Assembly (NCBI GenBank): GCA_903813345.2
Contig: CAIIXF020000001.1
Location: 35,216,001 to 35,280,000, forward strand
Direction: 5' to 3'
From: Owenia fusiformis
Taxonomy: Eukaryota
DNA: 64,000 bases
Shown here: piece by piece, positions 45,601-59,000 of the stretch
Numbering within the stretch: position 1 is the stretch's first letter
Layout: every line of letters starts with the position of its first letter
The notes under the pieces: generated by a model
Database searches by the model: none
What the model saw: only the letters and a program-made list of their open reading frames with translations
What the model was told of the DNA's origin: nothing
Made by a program: the position numbers and the translations under genes

Positions 45601-48600
45601 TAGAATCTCGTTATATTCTTGCTTAGCCTTTTCATATTCTCCTATTGCCTCTAGCTCCATACCAAGTAACTTCATGACTCGTAAACTATTAGGAAATTTG
45701 TTATGTAGGGCAGTTATACAATCCTATAAAACACAACACAGCATAATATATATATGGATACCAACGTCCAGCATCTTAAAGCCATTAAACATTATTCATA
45801 GTCTGAAAGCATCAATTAAGGTGCAGAAATATCTAACAAATGACGTAATTCATTTATTCCTTGGGGTTAAACGCAATTATGACACGATACGCCATTGATT
45901 TATGACAATTTAAAATTTCAACATTTCACATACTGTACAGAGTTAATTTCAAAATGTACCTGTCCAATCTCCAATCTACCACAATCAAAGGCTGCAATGC
46001 ACACTTGCTCATAGATTAACCATACTGAAACAAGAGGAAAAACAAATAATGACAAATCATAAACTAGATGTGTGAATTTTCTTCAAATTAACTAAAACTA
46101 TAACATTCACTGGAATGAATATACTGTACTGTACAACAAGTCATAAGTTTATACATGTACAGTACTAGGAACTTTGATTGATAGTCATCTTGAGTAATAG
46201 ATTCTTTTAAAATTGGAATAATTAGGTGCTGTAAACAGTTTATAATTTGAAAATGATCATGCAGCCAGTCAAAATCAGTATCTCCATAAAGTTGAGAATT
46301 CGGAGAATCATGAAGAATTTGTTATTTTGAATATGTCGTTTGAATATCTTGTCAGAATTCAGTTGACTAATTTCAATATTATATGATTGTAGCTTACACT
46401 CATCCCCAAGCCATGGTATGTTGTTCTCTAATACTGTTTCCCAGAGTTCTACCACCTCCTCACTACATCTGTAATTTTGTTCTCTAATCACCTTCACACG
46501 CTCTTTGGCACCTACAAGCATAAAATTCCCACAACTGGGGTCAGCTGAAAGATCTCCATTTAATTTAAGATACCCAAAGCCTTTAAAAGAGATCTGACTG
46601 GTGGAGCTCTAATACAGGATATGCCTTCCCATGATACTAATGGTCAGTTCATCTCTGTAATTGATCTCATTGGTCCTCAACATTTCAGAAAAATTGCCAG
46701 AACTCATCACTTTCTAGAAAGGAACAAATAGAAAGCCATTTCTTATGGTTGTTAATGGTCCCATGTGTAAAAAATGTATATTTCAGATTTTTTAGTTTTT
46801 TGTGCAATAAGCCTGTGCCGTCTTGTAATTTGAAGAATTTCAGCCATGTTAATCTTATTGAAAATAACATGGCAGAGAAACATCCAAATATAATAGGCCA
46901 CACACTTTATAAGCCAAACTAGAAGCAATCCAAGATATACAAATGTCATTCATGTACATTATGAATATACTTTTCACACCAGAGATTACAGAAAACACCA
47001 TGAAGTTTCTTAAAATCCACTAGAAACAATAACCAAATTTTGTTAAGACTATGTGATCATTTGATTAAATTGGCTGTTTCTTGTGATGTGATGTAACTGA
47101 AAGATGAAGAGCATCGGACATCACCAGAAACTATCAAATTTGGACATTATCTTAACACTCTGAAAATTTGGAACAATTGTCTCAGGAAATCTCTATTCAC
47201 ATCGTCAATATTTATTATTTATATTTATTAAATTAGCAATGTGTATGTAGATAATCATGTTTTTATTTTTGAGTTATTTCCTTAAAGAGGCTCTATACCA
47301 TAGGATAGCACAATCAAGACCCCTCTGGACCTTTTTGCATATTGGGATTAACCACATATTCATCCATCTACTTACTCTTACCCTTTAGTGTTAATTTTAA
47401 TTAATTCAATCTGAAGTTTAAATAAAATATACCGGGAAAATCCCCCTGTTATATGATTAATCGTTGAATTTGTTTATCATGAACCTGAATGGCTGCTTGG
47501 TTCTAGGCGCGTTAGGTGCTTGTGTGACCCAACGGGGATTCCTCTCGCTAGCCGAGTAATCGATTGTGTTTAACTCTGGAGGTTGGTTGTTCTGTTGATT
47601 ATTTCAATATTTCGGTAATAATATACCCTTAAGTTATTCTCAAGATATATCCATGGTATGTGAGATATTATATTAGCAATAACGAAGGGACATCACAGTG
47701 TGTCGGATAAGCAGTCGTCATTCGCCAAATACCATCAGAAAATACATCTGACGAACAGTTTTGATGGAGCACTTGCCATATCGGCGATCTGGGATCAAAT
47801 CAGACTTGAAAACCCGAAAAATAATGGCATATTTCTGCCAAGGAACTCACCGAAAGATATTTATCGTGATGATGCACTGAATTACAAAATATGCCACTTT
47901 TTCCGCATTTTAGTATAAGTAATGATGAAGTACTCTATTATCGCCTGCTGACTTCTTTCGAAAATTATTTTTTCTGTGTATTTCGGTAATAATACTTGGT
48001 TATTCTTTGATATTTCTTGAACTTTGTGAAGCAGGGTGAATGGTTATTAGAGGTCGGCGCTAAAAACGGCGATTACTGTTACTAAGCCACGATAATTTTT
48101 GGTTCTTCATTAATTTTCTGTGTAGATCTACAAACTTGACTTTTATGAGGAATATTTGGAGTCACGAGACCTAAAATGGCTGCAATCTAAATTCCAAAGT
48201 TTTGTTGTCTAATAGAACATTGATTTACTCCAACAACAGACTGTTGAAGGAGCAAAATAAGGTAACAACAAATAAATTATGTATTGATTCAAAAATCAGA
48301 GATACACGATAGTTGAAAAAAACTTGATAGCCATTGTGGCTAATTCTTCCGAAAATTTTTTAGCCAACCAAAATATGAATTAGCCATTTTGACCGAAAAA
48401 AATTTAACACTTCTGATGACCGTTTTCCTTTTAAAAAATGGAATAAAATACTAGGAAGACCATATTTGGTTGAAACCAGCTATACTGTTAAGCTGCTATA
48501 CATTTATTAAGCATTTTTGAAGGACACAACTACCCCGGAGAGAATATACAGATACATGATGATGCGCCACAATACTGATAGAGTTCTACTGTGAAATAGC

Positions 48601-49320
48601 ATAGTGTGTAAAATTAATATATATGTCGCGTCATGAGTGACCAGAAATCTACTTTTCCGAAAAAGTTTTCTTCTGAAAAGTCGTTAAAATTCAACATTTA
48701 TAAAGTTGTTTGGTGAGTAAACCGTAAAAAAAGGGAATTCGCCATAACTGCGAAATACCTTTACATATTTTTCGCCACCTCTTTCGAAAATTTGCGATTG
48801 GCGAATGTCTACCGTGATCTCTGCAAAAATATAGCATATTATAAAAAATGGGCTCGGTTTTTTCTCCAGTTTCCCAGAGCTTTTGTCAGCTCAGTAGAGT
48901 AAGAAATATGGGAAGTTACCTACCATTCTAGACATCTAGTTGAAAGCCCATGGAGATGGTGAAGGTAAAGGTCAATTCGAGGGTCATATTTTGGGGTGTG
49001 GTTTTTGGATGTACTATTTTGGGTTTTGTGTCCGGTCTTCGCATTATTTAATTGAGCCTACTTCCAATGGGGACTGGATCTGACTCGGGGCCTGGTGTGC
49101 CACAAAAAAAAATTAGATCTATCAAAAAAATAAACGCCGGTAATTTGTCAAGGAATTCTTACATAATTAGCTCAGGCAGTAACAATAAAATTGTTAAAAT
49201 GAAACAATGGTATAATCAGTTAGTAGAGTGATGTTTGAAATGAAGATCAATAATGTATGTTTTCTGTTTAAGTATGAAATATATGTTCCTACCATCTAAA
49301 CTTGAAATTTTTGACGCCAT
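42634..49320 (-). CDS. EMC2: ER membrane protein complex subunit 2 (TPR protein, TTC35), 9 exons, 293 aa
   Basis: Exons (5'->3') 49320-49293, 46511-46398, 46024-45960, 45723-45580, 45083-44998, 44676-44535, 44223-44122, 43007-42912, 42738-42634; phases consistent. Motifs [70 protein letters not shown]. Exon 1 (MASKISSLD) is the least certain. Confidence 0.93.
43198..44151 (-). repeat. 44-bp tandem array (~22 units) spanning the EMC2 exon 7 / intron 7 junction
   Basis: Minus-strand unit AACATGAGGGCCTTGTTTGGTGTTTTATTG|GTGAGTAGCTATAT; period of 44 read from successive GGCCC motifs (43515, 43559, 43603...). Confidence 0.95.
48297..48822. mobile_element. Probable MITE in EMC2 intron 1
   Basis: Approximate TIR CAGAGATACACGATAG / CTACCGTGATCTCTG with subterminal TAGCCA/TCGCCA motifs. 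Confidence 0.4.
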
Positions 49321-49476
49321 TCTGTATACGGTAGTTCTCGTTCACCACGAGATTTAGACGAGATATCTCCTCTTGCGCATGCGCGTTTGACTCATTACTA
49401 TAGCGACAAAGAAGCCAGGTTAAAAATTTCCACTTTCACATACGTTTTCATTGTTTTTCTCAACTTTACATTCAAA
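49321..49476. promoter_or_regulatory. Compact bidirectional promoter/5' UTR region of EMC2 and DNALI1
   Basis: 156 bp between divergent ATGs; CpG-containing; TGCGCATGCGC (NRF-1 type) at 49374-49384; X-box-like ATTACTATAGCGAC at 49394-49407. Confidence 0.7.
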
Positions 49477-52400
49477 ATGATACCACCAAATGCATCCCTC
49501 GTAAAATATGACAACCCTGTACTCGTCAGTAGAAATACAGACAAGAAAACTCCAAGAGTAAGTATGAAATCACAGTTCAAAACTAAAAAATATTTTCCTT
49601 CGGGCTTCAGTCTGAGTTCATATTCAGTTCAACTCATTAGCGCCCTAGCTTACTCAACTTCAAATTGAAGCTCAAGTTGAAACAAATTTTACCACTTTAC
49701 AGCTGACACTGGTGACAGAGGTAAGAAAAGGACAAAATATAATATATGTTATCAAACCTCTATAAATTTTCTTCTGTGCTTGCTGAATCTCTCTGGCGGT
49801 AAAGGTATCACGACATTATATTCCAGCCCCAAAGGACAGAGGCAATGTCATCCATATAGGTAATCGCATACACTGAGTGTCCGACAATTACCTACTTGGA
49901 CTACATTACCTCCATGTAGTCTACTCTATATCTGCTTAGGCTGAATGGGCTTAGCTATAGCTTTTTTGCAGATTATATAGACAAGAGGGAAAATACTTCA
50001 GAATTCTTTCCTAAGGCTCAATTTTGTTTATTTTACATTTCCAAGATAAATTTAAAATAAGAGTGAAAATCCTTCACAATATATAATTTTGTTCTCGCTG
50101 TTGCAGTCTGAGGATTGAAATTTACATTACAGTACCCTGTAAGAGGCTAGAGGTGTATTGAAATCTAACAAAAAGGTGTACTGGGCTATTCCTAGAAAAT
50201 ACATAAATAAAATATGAAACTGTGTCTTTCTGAAATTGAACTACATGTACATATACTGAACTCAGAAGGACAACGATCCATTTGTTCAATTGTCATATTT
50301 TTGAGCATCAAAATAAGGAACAGAACTCACATTGTATGTTTCATGAGATCTGATTTATTGCATTAATATTTATAGGCAAGGGCCCTTAAAGTGAGTCCCC
50401 AACAGCCATCTAATGGAGGCCCAGTGCCAAGTCCACCTCCTGGCAAACAGAAGCTTGCACCAGTAGATGCCAAGAACTCCCAGCAAACAGATGAGATCCT
50501 CAACTCTATCCTTCCACCAAGGTAATATCAGCAAAGTAACAAAACTTGTTGGAATAGTGTTATCAGTCAAACTCCTGCATTACTAACTGACATACATGTA
50601 TTATCTATTGTACTCAATTTTGAATAAAATACATATAAGATGTTGCTGTTTATTTTAGCAAATGAGAAATCAATTGACCATAAAATCATATACTTAACCC
50701 TTGTACATCATCAGGGACTCCCCTCTCCTTTGATTGGAGCAAACAGCATTAGATATCACAATATTGTATGTTAGCCTACACATTTTTTACATGCTTCAGG
50801 GAATGGACTGAGGCTGGGCAGCTGTGGGTACAACAAGTGTCGAGTACCCCTGCAACCCGTCTAGATGTTGTTAACCTACAGGAAGAACTTGACCGTAGAC
50901 TACAACAGAGACAAGCCAGGGAAACAGGAATCTGTCCAGTCAGGAGAGAACTCTACTCACAATGCTTTGGTTAGTCAATGCCTCCTTAAAAAAATAATCC
51001 CCTAAACTACTGTAGTATAGGGTGACCCAAAAATGAAAGCTATGAAAATGAATAAACAAGGTATTAACATGCATAATGTCACCACCTGCCATTTCCATAG
51101 ATGTCAAACATCGACTGTCAAAAAGCTTCACAAAAAATAGAGACTACTGTATAATGATAGGTCATCACTTGTGGTCGTGACATAAAAATCCCATAATTGA
51201 TTCATTTTGTGAGAACTACATATTTGGCACAACTTTGGTCAATACCTGTCTGTAATCTGTCTGCTTCAGATCCAATCTATCATAAATCAGTAGTTGTGAA
51301 CTTTTATCATTCACACCCTGTATTGAATGCATTGCATTGCATTTGGGTATAATCAGAGGACACTTCAACATAAGGATAATCTGTACGGGATAAAAGCAAT
51401 TCAAATGACTTGTTTATTTGAAAAATATTGGCAAAGAAAGATGAAACAAAATTCAAACCTCGACATATTGATGCAAGAGCATTCTATTAAACACTCTAGG
51501 CCTATTATATTTACACAAAAGAAAATTTAAGATGAGTCCATCAATATTGAAAAAGTCGTTTGATATTCAGTTTTGACATTACCCCGCCCTTTATCATATT
51601 TCATGTATTTATATCAAAGCAATTTCTCCTTTCTCATCATGAGACAAATCTGATGAAAAATTTGAATTACTGATCGGAAATCATTTGATTTGATTAATCA
51701 TCCATATTAGCATTCATTGTTATTGTTTTATTATTGTGGAAACTTTTGAGACACATTCTTGACAGGTAATTCCAGGTCGAAGCATCTTTCAGTTGCAAGT
51801 CAGAGATAAATTGTCCCCCTCTGCTATTCCACTTCATTAATAACCTTGATTATGATGGACTATTCCATTGAACTTTGAAAATATAGGCAACAAGTCAATT
51901 TACCCAAGTTATCACCCGAGTTTTCAATCATAAACTGTACCTTCATCATTCCTTAGATGAACTGATTCGCCAAGTGACAATCAACTGTGCAGAACGAGGC
52001 TTGCTGTTACTGAGGGTTAGAGATGAGATCCGCATGACCATAGCTGCCTATCAGACTTTATATGAGAGCAGTGTGGCATTTGGAATGAGGAAGGCCCTGC
52101 AGGCAGAGCAAGGCAAAGCTGAGATGGAGCAGAAAGTAAGTGGAATTGAAACATATTTTAAACTATGACGCAGTCAAATACTAAATGTGTTTTGCTTAAC
52201 AGAAATGAACAAGGCATTAACATGACAAAATGTCACCACCTTATTGCTCACAATATTAGGAGTTCAATCTTAAGTCAGATTTGAATTTCTGATAACTTGT
52301 AGATGACTTTGAAAAAATGAATTGGTAAATTTGAAGAAAGTTGAAAAAATACCCTTTTTGACCCTGAGATCATTGAAGGTGAAATTTCAAATCTAAAGTT

Positions 52401-54398
52401 AGATTTGAACTTCCGAGAACTTGTAGATGATTTTGGAAGAAAATTGGTCAATTTGAAGCAGGATGAAAAAATACCTTTTTGACCTTGAGAATGTCATTGA
52501 AGGTCAAATCTATAGTCAGATGTGAACTGTTGAGAACTTGTAGATGATTTTGAAAAAAGAATTTGGTCAATTTGAAGCAAGTTGAAAAAATACCTTTTTT
52601 GACCGTGAGAAGGTCAAATCTCAAATCTAAAGTCAGATTTGAACTTCTGATAACTTGTAGATGATTTTGAAAAAATATCGGTCAATTTGAAGCCTTTTTG
52701 ACCTTTTTCAACCTTGAGAAGGTCATTGAAGGTCAAATCTCAAATCTTAAGTCAGATTTGAATTTCTGAGAACTTGTAGATGATTTTGAAAAAATAAATT
52801 GGTCAATTTGAAGCAAGTTTAAAAAAGACCTTTTTTGACCATGAAGGTGAAATCTCAAATCTAAAGTCAGATTTGAACTTCTGGGAACTTGTAGATGATT
52901 TTGAAAAAAAATTGGTCAATTTGAAGCAAGATGAAAAGACCCTTTTGACCTTGAGAATGTTATTGAAGGTCAAATCTATAGTCAGATTTGAACTGTTGAG
53001 AACTTGTAGATGATTTTTCAAAAAAAAAATTTCAATTTGAAGCAAGTTGAAAAATACCTTTTTGACCTTTTTTGACCTTGAGAAGGTCATTGAAGATCAA
53101 ATCTCAAATCTAAAGTCAGATTTAAACTTCTGATAACTTGTAGATGATTTTGAAAAAAAATCAGTCAATTTGAAGCAAGTTGAAAAAGACCTTTTCAAAT
53201 CTTAAATATAATGTCAGATTTGAACTTCTGAAAACATGTAGGTGATTTTGAAAAGAATTGAAGTCAGTCTAAACAGTATCTGTTAAGTTATTGGAAGTTG
53301 TAAGAATTTGTTAAAGACACTGATCGCCAACTGCCAACCACCAACCGCCGTCAAAAAAACGGAGACCATAACAATATGTCACCACTTTTTGGTGGTGACA
53401 TAAAAAATAAAAAGTGGTTCCATTTTCACCCTTTAAGATATCTTGATGTGAATGTTGAACATATCTAAAACGATTAAGGAAAAGCACCTGGAATCTTCCA
53501 CATCTTTTATTACATCATTTAGTATTTGTATTCTGGCCTATCAAATTCTTTCTCAATCAAGAAAGATAAAACGAGGATACTGGTATATCAGAATGTATCA
53601 TTTGCATCACTAGGTCAAAAGCATGTACCTGGAGAAGACTCAAGGATATTTTGAATATACTTTTATATCATTGGCTCATATAGTATTACTATATTTAAAT
53701 GCTTCTACTTCATGAATATGCCTGCATTTTCAAATTAAAAGTTACAGAAATTAGATTATCATATGGTTCCTTTCGTGTTTAGATCGATGAGCTTGAACAA
53801 GACAAAAGAGATTTAGAGCGTCAGGTAAATGAACTGAAGGCCAAATGTGAGCAGATTGAGAAACGTGCAGCAGAACAACGTCAAGTTGAAGAGAAGAAAC
53901 ACACAGAGGAAATCCAGTTCTTGAAGAGGACAAACCAACAACTCAAGGTATTTTAATCTGTTTTTTCCAAATATACAAGTACATGTACAGTTTTAATAAC
54001 TGAAGTCATGTAAGACTAAGGCAAATATTGATGCATAAAGTTGTCTTAGGAGCACATTCAAGATTATCTTTTCTACTTGTTTGCCAAATAACGTGCAATA
54101 ATACATGTGATCTTTTAAGTTCCAACCTCTACCCAGACATTTCAGGTTTCCTTTATTTATGTTATATACAAAGACATATAATACTATATTTTAAGTTTGC
54201 TGCTCTGAAAATATAGTCCTTTTACTGTACTTCTATTATTACTCATCACTAGCAATTAATATTATCACATTTTAATTGTCAAACTTGTATTTAAGGAAAT
54301 TCAATTACAGTAACATGATTTGAGACCCACTAAAGTTACATAAAAATATGTTTGTTTTACAGACTCAGCTTGAAGGCATCATAGCTCCCAAGAAGTAG
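49477..54398 (+). CDS. DNALI1: Axonemal inner-arm dynein light intermediate chain (p28), 6 exons, 258 aa
   Basis: Exons 49477-49557, 50376-50521, 50800-50969, 51957-52135, 53783-53947, 54363-54398 (TAG). Peptides MIPPNASLVKYDNPVLVS, QQRQARETGICPVRRELYSQCFDELIRQVTINCAERGLLLLRVRDE, TQLEGIIAPKK*. Confidence 0.97.
52208..53403 (-). mobile_element. HINE-like family B element with ~9 internal ~100-135-bp tandem units
   Basis: Same termini as 21495-21856 in reverse; core AACTTGTAGATGATTTTG recurs about nine times. Confidence 0.85.
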
Positions 54399-56004
54399 AA
54401 ACAGAGAACTGGCAAATATAAGCGTGATGAATCTTCAAACAAATCTAGAATATTTGGAAAACTATTCAATGGACAATCCAAACCTGATACATGGAAACTA
54501 AGGCCAGATACACCCGCATGAACACTGGAAAACATTAAACCTCTTCACTATGAATAAATGTGCTGTGATAAGTTATAATCATTATGCAGAGTAAAGCGAA
54601 AACTTTCGAGATTCATAAATAATCCGTCCAATTTATATAAAGTGTTCTCGAACTTTTTTATCATCTATTTTCCGTCCAATGTAAGCTGCTCGATTAAATA
54701 TTTTAATATTATATAAATCCATTGAATTTTTGTTACAAAAATGTAAATATCATTTAAATGTATATTGTTGTGTAGTAATATAATATGTAAATATAAACTT
54801 TAGGACTTATGTTTGGTTGATGGTAAACACTTTCATTCATTCAGAATGCAACAGATCTTTCCAATAAATCCTGCCTTGCTGATTGCAAGGTTTCCTCATA
54901 AAAAAGGATCTACTTTTAACTTATTTTGAAAATCGAAAAGTTGTCACTCATTCTCCGTGGATGATCCATTCCGTGGTAATACATGGCCTTGGATTGAATG
55001 TCTTTAACTGGTAAATGAGGTTATTATGAACGGCACTGACCCGCTCAGTCATATACAACTAAAATATCTGTAGCCAACAAGTGAAATCGGTTCCAATCAT
55101 CGAGATTTAAAATATACTTTATGACAATTTTTTTTTACGTTTTGGCGAATGTAAACAAAGGACATTACTTCACTAAGGCTTTTAAACTCTTCACTCGTAA
55201 GGTTTACAATTGATTTCTATACCAAGAAAAATCAATTTTCCTGAGACTGGGTGCTGTAGTATTGCGAAACATCTCCATTTCCATAGGGTAAGATCACCAT
55301 TTTTACTGAAATTATCATATCAGTGATACATAAAAGGACAACTGAAATAGGTTTTCTCAACTTGCAGCTACAAAAGTGCAGTTTTCTTCATTGTAAGCCC
55401 AACGTTCTTGTGATAACCATTATAAAAGAAATGTTAGATAACTGTAAATAGTCATAAATACCGTAGTAAAATTAACTGATCAATCAGATTGGCATTAACT
55501 AAAATTTGAATCAAATCAGACTACATGCATGGTGTACATGTTTTTTGTTTTTTTATTTCTGTATATCTCTACCTTTCAGGAGGCTATGAAACCAAATTAG
55601 AACATGAGTAATTCAATTTCTATTCTAACAGAAGAATGTCATATTTCTCTTAAATTCTTTTAGAATTGTGTATTTCATATAGCTGCCATGTAGGATTATG
55701 TACATTAATAAATACATTAGAAAGGAACATATAAGAGTTGCATTGTACATCACAAACACACCCTCTGCATTTCTACAAGTTAAAACATTTCTAAATTTAG
55801 TCATGTCCTTATTTCTGGGAGAATGACCTTGTCAGAAAGTCAGCTTGTATCACATACCAGACTGTTTATTAACTAAACGATAGACTTCTCACATATAACA
55901 GAATCTTTGGTTAGATTCAAATATATTAATCTTGCATTGCACTTGGATGTGTATCAAACAGCAGTCTGCCTAGTTCATCACATACAGGAGAATTACATTA
56001 TCAA

Positions 56005-59000
56005 TCACAATTTAGATTTGGCCTGGGCTACTTTAGATGATGTATTTCTACCCAGTTCTTGGCATATATAAGTCCCTGCCTTCATCACCTTCTCCAAACT
56101 CACACCCTGAAAACAGAGGAGAAAAAACTCATTCAATATTAAAGTGTGCGCCAAAGTTTAAAACTGCGCAGGCGCACCGCTCTCGCTAAACTATATAAAG
56201 AGATTGCCCGGTACACAATTCAGAGGTAAGCCAGGAAGGCGAACGATCTTCGTCTCGTGACGATTTCCCATATAATCTTAACCAGGGAAGTTTCAACATT
56301 GAAATTGAAAATTACTATTAGATATACTTTGTAGATGTTATTTATGAAGCTATTTAGTGTTTGCATCAATCAAATGGCTCATTTTGAACATATAAAACGT
56401 ATTTGTGTTTTGTTTCCCAGGGAATTGTATTGTATGTAGTACACACATAAATAGTGTACATTATACTTGAATAGCCTGGTTTACATAATATTGAAGGGCA
56501 TGCTGATTACATGCACACGAGTACATGAATGAAGGCCTAATATTGATATACGTAGCTTGCATACCTAAATAAAAAATAAACTCTTCTAATCACCTAATGT
56601 AAACACGGCGGTATACGTAGCCTGATTTATCGGGGACTTTAAGAGGTAATTCTTCGCTTGAAAAATGATAAATACTGTATGCATATGTTAATCATGGAAA
56701 GCATAATGTCATAGTGGTAAGACTAGACTCAACAAAAACAAGATGAGATAACAAACATTTGTCATAATTTAACAATATTATTTGCTCATATCAACAGTCC
56801 ATATTATGATATGACTACTTTTTAAAAAATCAGACAGTTCTAACTTTACTTAAAGAATATAGAAGTTAAAACAAGGTGTATGTTGGTGAATGGATATACT
56901 ACTCACTGTTTCTATTCCTAAACCATTTAATAAATATAAAACATCTTCAGTTGCTACATTTCCACTTGCACCTTTGGCATAAGGACATCCTCCAAGGCCT
57001 GCTACAGAGCTATCCACAACTGATACACCCATCTACAACACAAGAACACCATGGAATTACAATACAATGAAAGGGCAGGAAGGACATCTCCAAGGCCTGC
57101 TACAGAGCTATCCACAACTGATACACCCATCTACAACACAAGAACACCATGGAATTACAATACGATGAAAGGGCAGGAAGGACATCCTCCAAGGCCTGCT
57201 ACAGAGCTATCCACCACTGATACACCCATCTACAACACCAGAACACCATGGAATTACAATGCAATGAAAGGGCAGGAAGGACATCCTCCAAGGCCTGCTA
57301 CAGAGCTATCCACCACTGATACATCCATCTACAACACCAGAACACCATGGAATAACAATACGATGAAAGGGCAGGAAGGACATCCTCCAAGGCCTGCTAC
57401 AGAGCTATCCACCACTGATACACCCATCTACAACACAAGAACACCATGGAATTACAATACAATGAAAGGGCAGGATGGACATCCTCCAAGGCCTGCTACA
57501 GAGCTATCCACAACTGATACACCCATCTACAACACAAGAACACCATGGAATTACAATACGATGAAAGGGCAGGAAGGACATCCTCAAAGGCCTGCTACAG
57601 AGCTATCCACAACTGATACACCCATCTACAACACAAGAACACCATGGAATTACAATACGATGAAAGGGCAGGAAGGACATCCTCCAAGGCCTGCTACAGA
57701 GCTATCCGCCACTGATACACCCATCTATAACACAAGAACACCATGGAATTACAATACAATGAAAGGGCAGGAAGGACATCCTCCAAGGCCTGCTACAGAG
57801 CTATCCACAACTGATACACCCATCTACAACACAAGAACACCATGGAATTACAATACGATGAAAGGGCAGGAAGGACATCCTCCAAGGCCTGCTACAGAGC
57901 TATCCACAACTGATACACCTATCTACAACACAAGAACACCATGGAATTACAATACGATGAAAGGGCAGGAAGGACATCCTCCAAGGCCTGCTACAGAGCT
58001 ATCCACCACTGATACACCCATCTATAACACAAGAACACCATGGAATTACAATACGATGAAAGGGCAGGAAGGACATCCTCCAAGGCCTGCTACAGAGCTA
58101 TCCACAACTGATACACCCATCTACAACACAAGAACACCATGGAATTACAATACGATGAAAGGGCAGGAAGGACATCCTCAAAGGCCTGCTACAGAGCTAT
58201 CCACAACTGATACACCCATCTACAACACAAGAACACCATGGAATTACAATACGATGAAAGGGCAGGAAGGACATCCTCCAAGGCCTGCTACAGAGCTATC
58301 CGCCACTGATACACCCATCTATAACACAAGAACACCATGGAATTACAATACAATGAAAGGGCAGGAAGGACATCCTCCAAGGCCTGCTACAGAGCTATCC
58401 ACAACTGATACACCCATCTACAACACAAGAACACCATGGCATTACAATACAATGAAAGGGCAGGAAGGACATCCTCCAAGGCCTGCTACAGAGCTATCCA
58501 CAACTGATACACCCATCTACAACACAAGAACACCATGGAATTACAATACGATGAAAGGGCAGGAAGGACATCCTCAAAGGCCTGCTACAGAGCTATCCAC
58601 AACTGATACACCCATCTACAACACAAGAACACCATGGAATTACAATACGATGAAAGGGCAGGAAGGACATCCTCCAAGGCCTGCTACAGAGCTATCCACA
58701 ACTGATACACCTATCTATAACACAAGAACACCATGGAATTACAATACGATGAAAGGGCAGGAAGGACATCCTCCAAGGCCTGCTACAGAGCTATCCACAA
58801 CTGATACACCCATCTACAACACAAGAACACCATGGAATTACAATACGATGAAAGGGCAGGAAGGACATCCTCAAAGGCCTGCTACAGAGCTATCCACAAC
58901 TGATACACCCATCTACAACACAAGAACACCATGGAATTACAATACGATGAAAGGGCAGGAAGGACATCCTCCAAGGCCTGCTACAGAGCTATCCACCACT

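Noticed and set aside
51017..51321. Fourth CAGGGTG-type element in DNALI1 intron 3
   Set aside because: Terminal match limited to ~6 bp; too degenerate to support.
56139..56642. TTAA-flanked Kolobok/piggyBac-like insertion in the last HMGCL intron
   Set aside because: Only ~7 bp of terminal inverted match and no second copy in the window.
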